A stretch of 60,785 nucleotides of DNA, counting the filler, from Porpidia crustulata (lineage: Eukaryota): the NCBI GenBank assembly GCA_964255105.1. It is 4 parts of 4 records of this genome, joined end to end, with 100 filler letters (N's around TTAATTAATTAA, not from the genome) between each part and the next. Parts side by side here need not be neighbours in the genome. Positions count along the whole stretch, not along the records: positions 15,238 to 30,363 come from CAXUWE010000336.1; positions 30,464 to 45,583 come from CAXUWE010000337.1; 2 more parts are not named here. One strand, given 5' to 3'. Every line of letters begins with the position of its first letter. The stretch's first letter is position 1. Positions 25,726 through 37,507 of the stretch are shown here, in pieces. The position numbers and the translations under genes are program-made. A model generated the notes under the pieces. That model saw nothing but the letters and a program-made list of their open reading frames with translations. It ran no database searches and had not been told where the DNA came from.

Positions 25726-26071
25726 TTAGCTTTGTTTGTTGATGGCCGAGGGGGCGCACATTAGGGGCGAATAGGGAGCCTCGAGCGACCCCGCGGTTCA
25801 AGTATGATATCTACTACTTTTCTATCACACGACCAACCGTGCCAATCATGAATTGAATACTTCGTACACTCCTACACTCTAGGCCTTCAAGTCTTCACCT
25901 ACGAGGACTAGGGTTCTACTTGCACTCATGTCTCTCTTTGATACCTCCGAGTAGCAGGAAAGCCTCGCGATCCGAGTGAGTTCCACTCGTAGATCCAAGT
26001 TTTGTGTCGAGCCCAAGAGACACAATTATGACATTGAAGCTGATTGTGAATAACAAAGTATATAGTCCGTC

Positions 26072-29000
26072 ATGAAGAAAATCCTCCGCAATCCTGTTGC
26101 TTTTAGGCCTTTACCTGTCACAATCATCACATCAATCAGCTATGCTGCACTGATTGTCGCCCTACTTGTAATCCACCTCATTGTCCCATCTGCTCCGAAC
26201 AACCCCACAGCTGTCCTTGGCACCAATTTGACGGAAGCATGGCAAGACTTGCAGACACTTAGTAGCGGGTTTCACCCCTACAATAGCCGGCAGAACGATG
26301 ATGTTCGAGACTGGCTACTCAGAAGGATCAACAATATACTTGAAGGCAATGGCGTACTTTTGCCTCGTGTCTTTGATGATAGACGTTATGCAGTATCTGG
26401 GAATGCCACCATACCCAAAGGTGCTCCTGTCGTGGTCTTCTCTGATATGACCTCCAACGTGACATTTTCCTCTCCTGGAAGACCTAATGACTCTGGCTCG
26501 CGCCGAAATCCGGGGCTCAGCGTGTATTTTGAAGGCACCAACATTATCGTCTATATACGCGGATCAGAGGATGGGGACGAGGACTGGTGGCGGACAAACC
26601 AGAAACCCCCTAGTAAGGGTGGAGTTCTTGTCAATGCTCATTATGATAGCGTCTCCACTGGCTTTGGGGCCTCTGATGACGGCGTTGGGATCGTTACTAT
26701 CCTTCAATTAATCAACCACTTTACCACTCAAGGCCAAAGACCCAAGAAAGGGATTGTTGCTCTACTCAACAACGGCGAGGAGGACTTCTTGAATGGCGCT
26801 TGGGCTTTTAGCCAACACCCCATGTCTCAATTTGCACATACTTTCCTCAACCTTGAAGGAGCTGGTGCGGGTGGTCGTGCAACGCTCTTTCGAAGTACTG
26901 ATCTTGAAGTTACCAGGTTCTACCAAAAAACCCCGTTCCCTTTCGGTTCTGTAGTAAGTGCAGATGCCTTTAAAAGGGGTGTTGTACGGAGTCAGACAGA
27001 TTATGTTGTGCTCAACGGAATCTTGGGACTTCGAGGCCTTGATGTAGCTTTCATGGAACCAAGAGCACGTTATCATACAGATCAAGACGACGCACGGCAC
27101 ACTAGCATTAACTCTGTCTATCACATGCTCTCTGCCGCTTTATCCACTGTTGGAGGACTTACTGCAGATACCAGCTCGACGTTTGATGGGGAGAGCTCCG
27201 GCGTAGGAAAAGTACCAAGCGGTAAAGGTACAGATGGTGTATGGTTCGATCTCTTCGGCAAAGGATTTGCAGTCTTCCAATTGCACACGCTTTTCGCGCT
27301 ATCGATTACGTTGTTGGTCGTTGCCCCACTGACCCTTATCGTGATTGGAGTCGTTCTGATCAAAGTCGATAAATTCTACTTCTTCACTTCATCCAAGCAC
27401 CACCATCATGCCGACGGAGATGACTCGGTTTCCTTGCAAGGCTGGAGGGGTATAGTGAGATTTCCAATTATATTCATCTCCTCGTCTGCAGCTGTGGTTG
27501 GTCTAGCATTCCTGTTGACAAAAATCAATCCCTACATTGTCCACAGCAGTCCATATGCTGTGTGGGCCATGATAATCTCTGCATGGCTCTTCCTCGCTTG
27601 GTTCCTTTCCAGAGCCGCCGATTTTGTAAGACCAACGGCCTTTCAGCGGGCTTATTCACTTATATGGATGTTCGCAGCGACTTGGCTGCTACTGGTATTT
27701 GTGGCTATATTGGAACAGCGCCCAAAGATTGCCGGCGGCTACTTCGTGTTCTTCTATTTCTCTGCTACGTTCTTGGCGACCATGATATCATTCCTGGAGT
27801 TGTTTGGCCTTCCACGCAAGTCTGACTATGCTGATGAGATCGAGAACGAAGAAGCACAGGCCGCCAGTCCACGGTCTGGGAGTATCTCAAGCGGACGGCT
27901 ACTCAACCCGTCCACGACAGATCAGCCAAAGCGTAGTGCAGAGCACAACGACGAAGAGGGCGAAGACGTAACTGAATCTACTTCGTTGCTGCCAAGCGGC
28001 AAACGAGCCGCCTTTCCGCACTACTCCGCTCATCCCGACGAAGATGAGGATGAACAGCGTGGGAACGACGAAAAGAAAAAGCACACAGTCTATGGCGATG
28101 AGCAAGCATGGAGTTCATCCCTCCCAACGTGGACCTGGCTCCTTCAATTTGTCATTCTCGCTCCCATCCTCGTTATCTTGGTCGGCCAAATCGCCCTTTT
28201 GTTTACTTCCGCTACTTATCAAACTCTCGAGGATGGAAATTCTCCACTCCTAGTGTATCTAGGCATTGCCGCTCTGAGTATCCTCATCCTCACTCCACTT
28301 GGGCCCTTCCTACATCGATATACATACCACATTCCAACATTCCTACTGCTCGTCTTCGTCGGTACTCTTATATACAATCTCGTCGCATTCCCATTCTCCA
28401 CCAACAATCGCCTTAAGCTCTACTTTATCCAAAAGGTCGATCTTGACACAGGCATAAATCGAGTATCCCTTATCGGTATCGGACCACCCTACCTAAGTGA
28501 AGCCATCCACAGCCTCCCAAGTTCAGCCGGCAAAGAACTCGAGTGTTCCAAGAGTAGCGTCCGAAGAGATCTAACCGAATGCGCGTGGAACGGCATTCCG
28601 CCTCAAGTTGTCAAGATCACGCACCCAGGAGCGCCACCTGAACTCGGATACGCCGACTGGCTGGTACTAAACATCACCCGCGCTTCCAACAAACCTAAAG
28701 CTCGGTTTCATCTCTGGGGCCGCAACACCCGCTCCTGCCGTATTCTGTTTAACAAACCCATCTCGGACTTTAGCGTTGTTGGCGCTGGGCGAGATAAACG
28801 TTTCAAGCGCGTGTCGGACGACGGCAGCAGCTCGATTCTTCTCTGGAGCCGGACTTGGGAGAAGCCTTGGGACATCGACATTACTTGGGATGTTGATGAG
28901 CGTGATGGTGAAGGAGCAGCAGGGCTTGATGGCCGCGTGATGTGCCTATGGAGCGATGACAACGAGACGGGCGTCATTCCAGCGCTGGATGAGGCAAGGC

Positions 29001-29077
29001 ATTTTGTACCTGACTGGGTGGCGGTGACGAAGGCGGATGATGGACTGGTGGAGGGGAGTAAAAGCTTCATGATATGA
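26072..29077 (+). CDS. PFF1: Vacuolar membrane protease, M28 metallopeptidase (Pff1/ERMP1-like)
   Basis: 1001-aa ORF with N-terminal TM, motifs NAHYDS, ASDDG, NNGEE, NLEGAGAGG and YHT, followed by multiple TM helices. Confidence 0.93.
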   Translation: MKKILRNPVAFRPLPVTIITSISYAALIVALLVIHLIVPSAPNNPTAVLGTNLTEAWQDLQTLSSGFHPYNSRQNDDVRDWLLRRINNILEGNGVLLPRVFDDRRYAVSGNATIPKGAPVVVFSDMTSNVTFSSPGRPNDSGSRRNPGLSVYFEGTNIIVYIRGSEDGDEDWWRTNQKPPSKGGVLVNAHYDSVSTGFGASDDGVGIVTILQLINHFTTQGQRPKKGIVALLNNGEEDFLNGAWAFSQHPMSQFAHTFLNLEGAGAGGRATLFRSTDLEVTRFYQKTPFPFGSVVSADAFKRGVVRSQTDYVVLNGILGLRGLDVAFMEPRARYHTDQDDARHTSINSVYHMLSAALSTVGGLTADTSSTFDGESSGVGKVPSGKGTDGVWFDLFGKGFAVFQLHTLFALSITLLVVAPLTLIVIGVVLIKVDKFYFFTSSKHHHHADGDDSVSLQGWRGIVRFPIIFISSSAAVVGLAFLLTKINPYIVHSSPYAVWAMIISAWLFLAWFLSRAADFVRPTAFQRAYSLIWMFAATWLLLVFVAILEQRPKIAGGYFVFFYFSATFLATMISFLELFGLPRKSDYADEIENEEAQAASPRSGSISSGRLLNPSTTDQPKRSAEHNDEEGEDVTESTSLLPSGKRAAFPHYSAHPDEDEDEQRGNDEKKKHTVYGDEQAWSSSLPTWTWLLQFVILAPILVILVGQIALLFTSATYQTLEDGNSPLLVYLGIAALSILILTPLGPFLHRYTYHIPTFLLLVFVGTLIYNLVAFPFSTNNRLKLYFIQKVDLDTGINRVSLIGIGPPYLSEAIHSLPSSAGKELECSKSSVRRDLTECAWNGIPPQVVKITHPGAPPELGYADWLVLNITRASNKPKARFHLWGRNTRSCRILFNKPISDFSVVGAGRDKRFKRVSDDGSSSILLWSRTWEKPWDIDITWDVDERDGEGAAGLDGRVMCLWSDDNETGVIPALDEARHFVPDWVAVTKADDGLVEGSKSFMI

Positions 29078-29475
29078 TGACTCTGAAGTAACGTGGCATC
29101 GCTTGTAAAAGAAGGGACTGTACTTTGTTCATAGCATGGAGTTAGCAGTATCGCTGTAATTATTATTAGGTTGCCGCACTGTATCCTTAGCAGCTTCAAA
29201 CGCCAATGACTCTAGTACATGTATGACAAGCTCGCTCCTACAACACGCCTTCATTAAATTCCCCCGTCACCCATTGATATATCAAGAAGCTCATCTTGAA
29301 GATAGCGTTATCGACGCTTCAGCCTCATTGGTCACATGATTAGCGCTGCCGCTTTATCGTCCGGAAAGAACACAGAATGTCCACCTCCAAAAACCTTATC
29401 CAAAACACTCACCTTTTCAATTAAATACTCAAATACTACAGTCGACGTCTCTGACTGCCTCTTAACCACGCCAAA

Positions 29476-30363
29476 GTGGCTTCTTCACTTGTTGCTCAGT
29501 CCTCCACCGTCGTCAACTCCTTTGTGCAATCCATATATAAGAATCTTCCAGCACAACTTCGCTCACAGCTTACCTCATCCGCCACCATCATCAAGGATTG
29601 CCTGCCCCACCCCACCGTCGAACAGGCTGCTTCCATCCTTGCAAATACCACCCCCGAAGCTCTACTTGCTATCCTCCTCCCTCTCCTCATCTTATTGTTC
29701 GCGATGTCGAGCTGGGGTACCCGGTTCTGGCCTTCAGGCCGCTACTCACCTTTCGGCGCCGCCGCTGGCCACCCCCCTCCCACTGTTACAGAAGACGACT
29801 ACCATTACCTCGGACCTGATGACATCGTTGATCCTCCTCGACAGAATGGCTATGGTTTCCCTACCACTGGACGAAATGCGACCCGTGCAGACAGCGCAAG
29901 TCTAAGCCCAGATATTCTCGTCCTAAAACATCGCGGAACCACCTACCCCCTCCATTTCCCTGCCTACGCCATTGCAGACGGACACTTACGAGTTAGCGAG
30001 CTGCGACGGTTAGCAGCCAAAGAAACGAAGACCGATGACCCACGCCGAATAAAACTTCTCTACAAAGGCAAACTACTCAAGGACGACTCGCATTCATGCA
30101 AGGAGGAAGGCCTTAAGCAAAACAGCGAGCTCATGTGCGTCGTCAGCGAAGCTCTTCCGCATCATTCTCGATCCGAAGACGGCAGTAGTGACTCGATCGA
30201 AGAGGAAGAAATGCTGCAGAACGGCGGGTCTCGGGACGATTTTGATGGCTCCATGCGCGGTGAGTCACGCACGAAACGCAAAGGCCACCGCGGCGGCCGC
30301 AGAAAGAAAGGCACCAACAGCGGCGCCAACACCCCCACCGAACGCACCTCCGGCTTCCTAGCC
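29476..30363 (+). CDS. BAG-family co-chaperone (ubiquitin-like domain visible; BAG domain presumably beyond the contig end); start at GTG 29476 or ATG 29704
   Basis: GRYSPFG, VTEDDYHYL, LKHRGTTYPLHFPAYAI..G.L.V and RIKLLYKGKLLKDD are typical of Pezizomycotina UBL-BAG proteins; truncated at the spacer. Confidence 0.78.
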
Positions 30364-30463
30364 NNNNNNNNNNNNNNNNNNNNNNNNNNNNNNNNNNNNN
30401 NNNNNNNTTAATTAATTAANNNNNNNNNNNNNNNNNNNNNNNNNNNNNNNNNNNNNNNNNNNN
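30364..30463. other. Artificial contig spacer
   Basis: N44-TTAATTAATTAA-N44. Confidence 0.98.
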
Positions 30464-30762
30464 CCGCCAATATAACCCATCATGCTTGAGAGTCCTGCCG
30501 GCAGCCGAATCCCGAATTGCTTGAGTACATTGGCAAGGGCCCCACCGGTGATCAAAGGCATTATCACCAGCATGAACACCTTCATCGGGTGTTTTCGAGC
30601 ATAATAGTATAGGTCGCGGAATACTTTCTTAGCCTGGTAGACCATCTTCTGGATGTAGCCATCGCGAGGACGCCGTCTGTAGTGTGAGGTTGAGGAATGG
30701 CGAGATTGTGAATAATGGGATCGTGTAGGAGATTGGCGTCCAGGTCCAGGAAACCAGGCCAT
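30464..30762 (-). CDS. Small hypothetical membrane-associated fungal protein, 3' truncated
   Basis: RPRDGYIQK..LYYYARKHPMKVFMLVIMPLITGGAL..LKQFGIRLP with a hydrophobic segment; runs into the spacer. Confidence 0.7.
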
Positions 30763-30925
30763 GGTGTCAACTAGACTGGGTAAGCTTGCCCGATGAAAAT
30801 ATTCAAAGGTGATCAGAAAAATGGTAGATATATGATTGCGGTCGTGATTTTGAGCATCTTGCGCGGACGAGTTCCACTCACCGCCCGTAAAGTAAGGGAC
30901 AACGGCTAGGACGGCTGGTCTTGCA

Positions 30926-31220
30926 GCACAGGGGTGATAAAAGTCAGTGGAGTCAGCCCTACCGAGGCATCTCTAGCCCAACCAAAACATCGAATTTTGC
31001 TAATTACATGAAGCGATCACCATAAAGCCGATTTCATAGGTTTATCATCAAATTCAATTAGATGATCACAGAACTTTGGCATTTCCTGAATGCGCGCCCA
31101 TATTTCCTTCATCGGTAGGTTGTGGGTGGAAACTACTGAAAGCAGTTAATCAGTCAATAAATGTTTTGGTGACAGATCTCTCGGTAGGGCTGACTCCACT
31201 GACTTTCGTCACTCTTGTGC
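30926..31220. mobile_element. MITE-like foldback element, family B (~295 bp)
   Basis: AAAGTCAGTGGAGTCAGCCCTACCGAG (30940-30966) is the exact reverse complement of 31180-31206; the imperfect TIR extends to about 65-70 bp; AT-rich core. Confidence 0.8.
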
Positions 31221-31463
31221 AGGGCTAAGCTTGCTGCCAGCGTCATTCCTCGATGTGCAATGACTACGCTTGTCAAAGTCCGTCTACGTTCCCGAAACCC
31301 TATCATTTGATATTCTTTTCTTATTGAAGCCTTTTGCTTTCACATTAACATTCGCGCAGCGGACAGCACGTGGGATTCTGGTTGCCCATAGCTTCACCAG
31401 GTTAAAGCTGAACGAGTCCTACTGTTCAAGCCCAGCTCACCTTGAGTCGGGTGGTTCCATAAA

Positions 31464-32312
31464 ATGTCTAGTGAGAGAGCTCTTCGTCAACGCGCTTGAA
31501 AAACATAGACCTAACCGATCACTCTTAGATGCCCCGAGTGATTACTGTACGCCTTGCTCTTCATGATCCCTCTTTTGTGGCCTAATCAGAGTAGATAAGA
31601 TACTCGACATATCGCCGAGCGCAATACAACAGCAGATTCGCGATGCGTACAAGAAGTAAATCATCATCGATGTGCTCGAATTTAGATTCCATTGACTCGT
31701 GCTAGACAAGCGTTGAAGTCTCATCCCGACCGTGTTCCGTCGGATTCGCCCGAACGTCCCGCCCGAACTAGGAAATTCCAACAGATCAACGACGCGTATT
31801 TTACTCTCTCAGACCCATCACGTCGTCGTGATTATGACGCAGCACGGAGCTATCATGGCTTCCCCGGCACTACAACCTCGGATTCCGACCCGGAGGAAGA
31901 AGTCCCTCGCCCCCAAGCCTCTTCTGGAGGTTCAGGAGGATTTCCATGGTCCGCATTTGGGTTTGGTTCTAGGAATGACATCAACCCCGACGAATACAGC
32001 AATGAACAGTTTGGATCTGTGTTTGAAGAGATGTTGAGAGAAGAAGGTATGGCTGAGGGAAGGGATGCGAGGCCAACGGGTAAGTTTTGGAGCATCGTCG
32101 GAGGGTTAAGTGGAGGGGCCATGGGCTTCATTATGGCCAATTTCCCAGGTGCTGTGGCAGGGGCTGTTGCTGGTAATAGACTGGGTGCCGTTAGGGATGC
32201 AAGGGGAAAAAGTGTCTATTCAGTCTTCCAAGAACTACCCCAGGGAGACAAGTCGAAATTACTTGGTCAGCTTGCGGCGAAGGTATTTGCACACGCTGTG
32301 GGTTCTGCCTAA
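31464..32312 (+). CDS. DnaJ (J-domain) co-chaperone with Gly/Ala-rich C-terminal segment
   Basis: Spliced N-terminus MSNAPSDYYKILDISPSA..IRDAYKKQALKSHPD, then FQQINDAYFTLSD; three short 5' introns. Confidence 0.9.
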
Positions 32313-33014
32313 GTAGGCACGATGATGTAAATTTTGTTTGGCGTCGGTTTACAAGGCGTCTGGAACAGACAGATTGGCCTTGATGCATTCCTTCCCCGTC
32401 GCCGGCTCAAAGTCTATTTCTAAATTATTTGATGGCTTCATGGTAGCATCCCTTGTTAAGGTACTCATGAATCCTTCAACGTGAGAACAGGTTGAAGCCC
32501 AAGAATACCGTACTATACATCTGCACCTGATCTCCAGCTCTGCTCTGACAGATCCAAGAAGACATAACATTACCACGGAACTCTGATACTATCCAAAGGC
32601 CATTTCTTCTAGAATCGAAGATATTACTAGCGCTCTCTCAATGCTAGTGCATTTCGTGTTGGCACACAAGGCGTGCCAGGTATGGAATTGATGGCATTGA
32701 TATTTGATGTTGTTATTAGGAGATTATTTATCTAGGAGGTGGAATCGTAAAGGAATTTTTTCCCTCAGCCCCATGTGGCGGAGATTGCCAATTGATTCCC
32801 CTAAGGCGAAGAAAAACATCGGTGGGATTTGAGCGCGAGCAGTTATTTGTATGTCAAACCGCGTGGTAGGTGGTACACCTACCTAGCTTAGCGGGACCTT
32901 ACCCCAGGAAATGACGCATAATAATCGACTTCCACTTCAAACACAGAGTTTGGTCGTACTTTATTTTATTTCACTGCTTTGTGATGCAATAAATGCAGTA
33001 CCGTCTTTGTGGCA

Positions 33015-34294
33015 ATGCAAATTTTATGTCAGGCTGCTTTATTGTTGGCTGTTTTTAGCACCTCAATCCAAGCTACTAGGAATCCTGTCCCCCAGATCCT
33101 GTTGGCTGGAGGTGTTTCTGAAACAAGTCACGATATTTCTGCCGAGCTATTCGACGATCTCGAGGAACTATCACGTATTGTAGATATATCGTACTGTGTG
33201 GGCGTAACAGGTACTGGCATACAGAAACCGTTCCTTTGCGCCAGTCGGTGCCAAGACTTTGAACATTTCGAATTGGTCACAGTAAGCAATCGAGGCGTAA
33301 ATTATTGTTTTGTCTTGCTGACATCGTGTCCAAGACATGGAACACAGGAGTCTTCCTCTCAGATAGCTGCGGGTACATTGCGTTATCGCATCCTCCTTCA
33401 GCTCCCCGCATCATAGTTGCTTTTCGAGGGACTTATTCCGTGACCAACACCATCATCGACCTATCAACCGTGCCCCAGGAATACATTCCGTATCCTGGAG
33501 ACGACGACGATGAAGACTCGGCTAATGCAGATCTCTTCAGTCCATCGACCATTCCTCGTCAGACGCCCCGAAACACTATCGAATCTGGGAAGCCTGAATG
33601 TAATAATTGTACAGTCCATCTGGGCTTCATGACCTCATGGAGGCATACCCGCCCATATATCATCCACCATCTTGAAGAACTCATCGAAAAGTATCCGGAT
33701 TATCAGCTTACACTGGTGGGGCACTCCCTTGGCGGTTCAGTTGCCGCGCTGGCTTCCCTTGATTTCAAGTCGCGAGGCTGGAACCCTGAGGTCACCACAT
33801 TCGGAGAACCTAGGATTGGAAACCAGGCGCTCATGCACTACGTTGATAAGACTTTCTCCACCAATAACCGCAGTATGAAAGCCATGTTCCGGCGGGTAAC
33901 CCATGTCGACGATCCAGTACCACTATTGCCGCTGAGCGAATGGGGCTACGGAATGCATGCCGGAGAGATATATATTTCGAAGACGGAACTTCCGCCGACA
34001 ATCGAAGACCTCCAAATTTGTGTTGGTGACCAGGACCCTCGTTGTATCGCTGGCGCAGACGATTCTTTGAGCGCAAATCCCATGATTAATAGTGGGCGAG
34101 GTAAAGCTGTCGAAGAGGTCAAGGACTGGTGGAACAACACTAGGGGCTTCCTGAAGGTGCCACCTCGATATCGCATATGGCAACTGTTTTTTGCTCATAG
34201 GGACTACTTTTGGAGACTTGGTTTATGTCTTCCTGTGAGCAGTCCTAAGCATTGGTATGAAGAGATTCCTGGCTTCGAACATGATCCTTGGTAG
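33015..34294 (+). CDS. Secreted class 3 lipase
   Basis: Signal peptide, VDISYC, VAFRGT, VHLGF, GHSLGG, TFGEPRIGN, RVTHVDDPVP and HRDYF; one intron at ~33282-33333. Confidence 0.92.
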
Positions 34295-35014
34295 GGGCAT
34301 GGCAGTCCTATTTCCAAGCGTCGGTGTTGGCGGTCTTCGGCGTTGTATGCTGGCGAGCTGGCCTTTGGTTCAACTATACCTTGTACCATACCAAGTGGTT
34401 ACCAAAATTCGATCTTAGGATCAATCAACCTAGAATATTTCTGATGCCGGGAGATGAGCATATTTCCAATTGTCTTTGACCTTTCCGTAAGAGGTACTCG
34501 ATTGCGGCGAAGTCCTTTTTGTCGAGTGTGACATGTTCCTTGAATTCATTTCTAAGGGAACTCGTCAGCATTAGAGTGTAGATCCTGATCTGTATTCCTT
34601 AACCTGGCATATCTTCGGAAATTCTCTTGGGTATCCTGTAAACCATAAATATCTTTGAACATGTAAGTTATAGACAGATACTTACCGTGGGTTTTGTCCG
34701 TATTGCTCTCAAGCTTCTCCGATACAATGACAACACCTCTTTCTGTAATCCTGAAAGCCTCATCTCGATACCCTCGAGTCTCGTCGCCAGAGGTAATGAT
34801 AGTTTGCTGTTTCAAACGGCACTGCGGGTATTAGTGTAGAAGAAGAGCTCCTAGATTTCTCGCCGGCAATAGCACCGGCATTTCTTTAACTCCGACTTAT
34901 CAAGATGCTCCCCCCACTTCTAACAGCTTTCAAGCATTTCGAGAAGTCCTTCTATAATTGTATATGCCTGTAGACGATATCAACAAAGTACTTATTAACC
35001 GTCGTGTTCGCGCA

Positions 35015-36064
35015 ATGCCAGCCTTTTCTGTGAGTCTTTATATCGAGATCCTTCCACTTGAGTTCCACTCAGCTAATAGCTGTAGCGCCTGGTCCGGTTC
35101 CTCGCCAAGGATGGCAGGACTTATTACGGCGATGCTGTCCTACCCGTCGGTGTGACCGACATAGCAAAGACCAAGCAGGCTCGCGTAATCAAGGGGGACA
35201 TCTTCGGCAAATACGATATAACAGAGCATATTGCGGTAAGAGACTGACGGGCGAACGGGGCAGCCTGACACCAAGGATGGCTAAGCTCTGTAGGATGTTA
35301 GATTACTGCTGGCACCGCTAGCAAGAGAAGATGTCAAGACTGTACGGTGCCTAGGACTCAATTATGAGCAGCATGCGAAGGAGGTGTGTAAGAGCTTTGA
35401 AGACCCTCTAAGACAGGCATGGACTGAATCCTGACATGTACCATCGCAGTCGAACATGCCACTGCCAAAATATCCGATACTCTTCTATAAGCCCGTTACA
35501 TCGCTCAGCGGTCCCTTCGACAACATTCCGGTCCCAGCCATGGCTCAAGAAGTTGAGGGTCTGGATTACGAATGTGAGCTTGTTGCTGTAATTGGTAAAG
35601 AAGCCCGAGACGTGCCCGAGTCCCGGGCTCTAGATTACGTCATGGGCTACGCAGTTGGTGACGACGTTTCGCACCGAGAATGGCAAATCAAGCGAGGTGG
35701 AGGTCAGTGGGCAATGGGCAAAGGTTTTGACGGATGGGCTCCTTTTGGACCCGGCATTGTGTCTTCGAGCATCATCAAGGACCCGTCAGCGTTGAAAATA
35801 TGGACTAAGCTAAATGGCAAGACTGTTCAGGACTCCTCGACAGGAGACCTAATTTTTAGCGTCGCGAAGACTATTGCGTTTCTTTCGCAGGGAACGACAC
35901 TTTTGCCTGGAGATTTGATATTTACCGGGACGCCGCAAGGGGTTGGGATGGGAAGGAGCCCGCAGCTATGGCTCAAGGATGGTGACATTGCAGAGGTTGG
36001 ATTAGACGGTATTGGGACCTGTACCAACAAAGTTGAGCACATCAAGAGTCGGCCAAAGCTCTGA
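35015..36064 (+). CDS. Fumarylacetoacetate hydrolase family protein (FAHD-like)
   Basis: CLGLNY..HAKE, PILFYKP, DYECEL, DVSHREWQ, GKGFDGWAPFGP and TGTPQGVG; ends -PKL. Confidence 0.93.
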
Positions 36065-36230
36065 GAAAACAGGTCCATTTAAAATGACGAGTGATCTGCA
36101 AATCAAAGTCATGAGTCAATTCTTTTTATTCCTATCCGCAAACTATTTAGTCAATTTGGAGATGCATTCAAGGGGACATTGAGGATTTAACGTTCGGCGC
36201 TGGTACAATATCGGAGAACATGTCATAGTC

Positions 36231-37140
36231 TTACACTACCTGAGTTCCATATCCCTTGATAGTCTCTGCGAATGCCCAACTCTGGTTCTCCAATTGTTCG
36301 TTTTCTTTTAATTCCACTCCCCCCTCCTTCGTGATCACTGCTATGGAATATTGATCTAGACTCCTCGCATCTCTGTAGAATAACACCCTCATGCATTCCT
36401 TCACCGCTGCAACAGCTTGTTCCCTGGATATCGACTGGACCGTGGCCTCGTCTTTCACTAAATTTCTCAGTAGCGGTTGAGCGAGATGGGCGCCAAAGCC
36501 CGTTGCTAAAGTTGGGGATGAAAATGTTGTGCCTAGTAAGTCAACGGAGCTAAGGAAGGGCTTATGATCTCCATCCAGTCCAGCGACTAGAATTTGGTTC
36601 CATAGAGGATTTATATCTGAGCGGCGCTTGTACATGACCTTGTAAAGATAGGTATGTAGGTTCTTGGCGTTCAGGCCGTGCCCATTTGAGCCATAATTTT
36701 CATCTATATCGAGGGATGTAAGGTGTCTATCCAGGTATTGCATGTCTGAGACATCGCCACCGATGCCAATAATGGCTTTGGAGTTGAAAGGACGAAGGCG
36801 CTTCACGTCTGTGAAGCGGGCAAGCGAACCGTAAGATGCTATAGTGGAGCCTCAAGTCAGTGGGTGGAGGTCTATGTTAAGCAGACGGAGTGAGCCAACC
36901 TAGATTATCTGCAGCGATTACAACCCCATCTTTGAACTTGACAGCGACCACGGAGGTGCCTGTAACAACAGGCGATTGCGTGTGGGTTTTCGGACCGGTG
37001 GAGTGTAGGTATGCTGGATCGTAAGCCCCGTAAACATCGTCCCGCGGCTAGGAGTTAGTACAAAGGATTAGCTTGAGCTCTTCGATGGGTGGTGGACATA
37101 GCAGACTTACCCATCCCCATGCTTGCGGAAGATGATTCAT
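36231..37140 (-). CDS. PRE4: 20S proteasome subunit beta-7
   Basis: [56 protein letters not shown]. Confidence 0.96.
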
Positions 37141-37507
37141 AGCTAGTAAAGGGCGTTAATCTTTTGTGTAAAAGGAGTGGTTGCAGAAGAGAATGTAGAG
37201 GGGTGTCTCGGGATTGTGGTGGAATTAATTATAAAATGTCGTGAGTTGGTGAAAAGGCTCGAAGCTCAAGCTTTAGTCTACGCGGCACCAGCGGTCCTCG
37301 AGCAGCCTGCGCTAAGCGCCAATTATACTTATTTCATAGTTTACGTGCTGACTCTTGTATTATCGCTGTGTCGCTTAAAAGGAGAAAAGCCCACCACTAC
37401 ACAACTTTACCAACGCCATCACGAATCGAACCCAAGGTCATAATTTATTAATAACATAGAATCATGAAATCAGTGCAAGCTCTACACTCAGTAAATCACA
37501 TTAACCA

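Noticed and set aside
32660..32690. GCGTGCCAGG-TATGGA resembling the MITE A terminus
   Set aside because: Too short; no partner TIR or internal homology.
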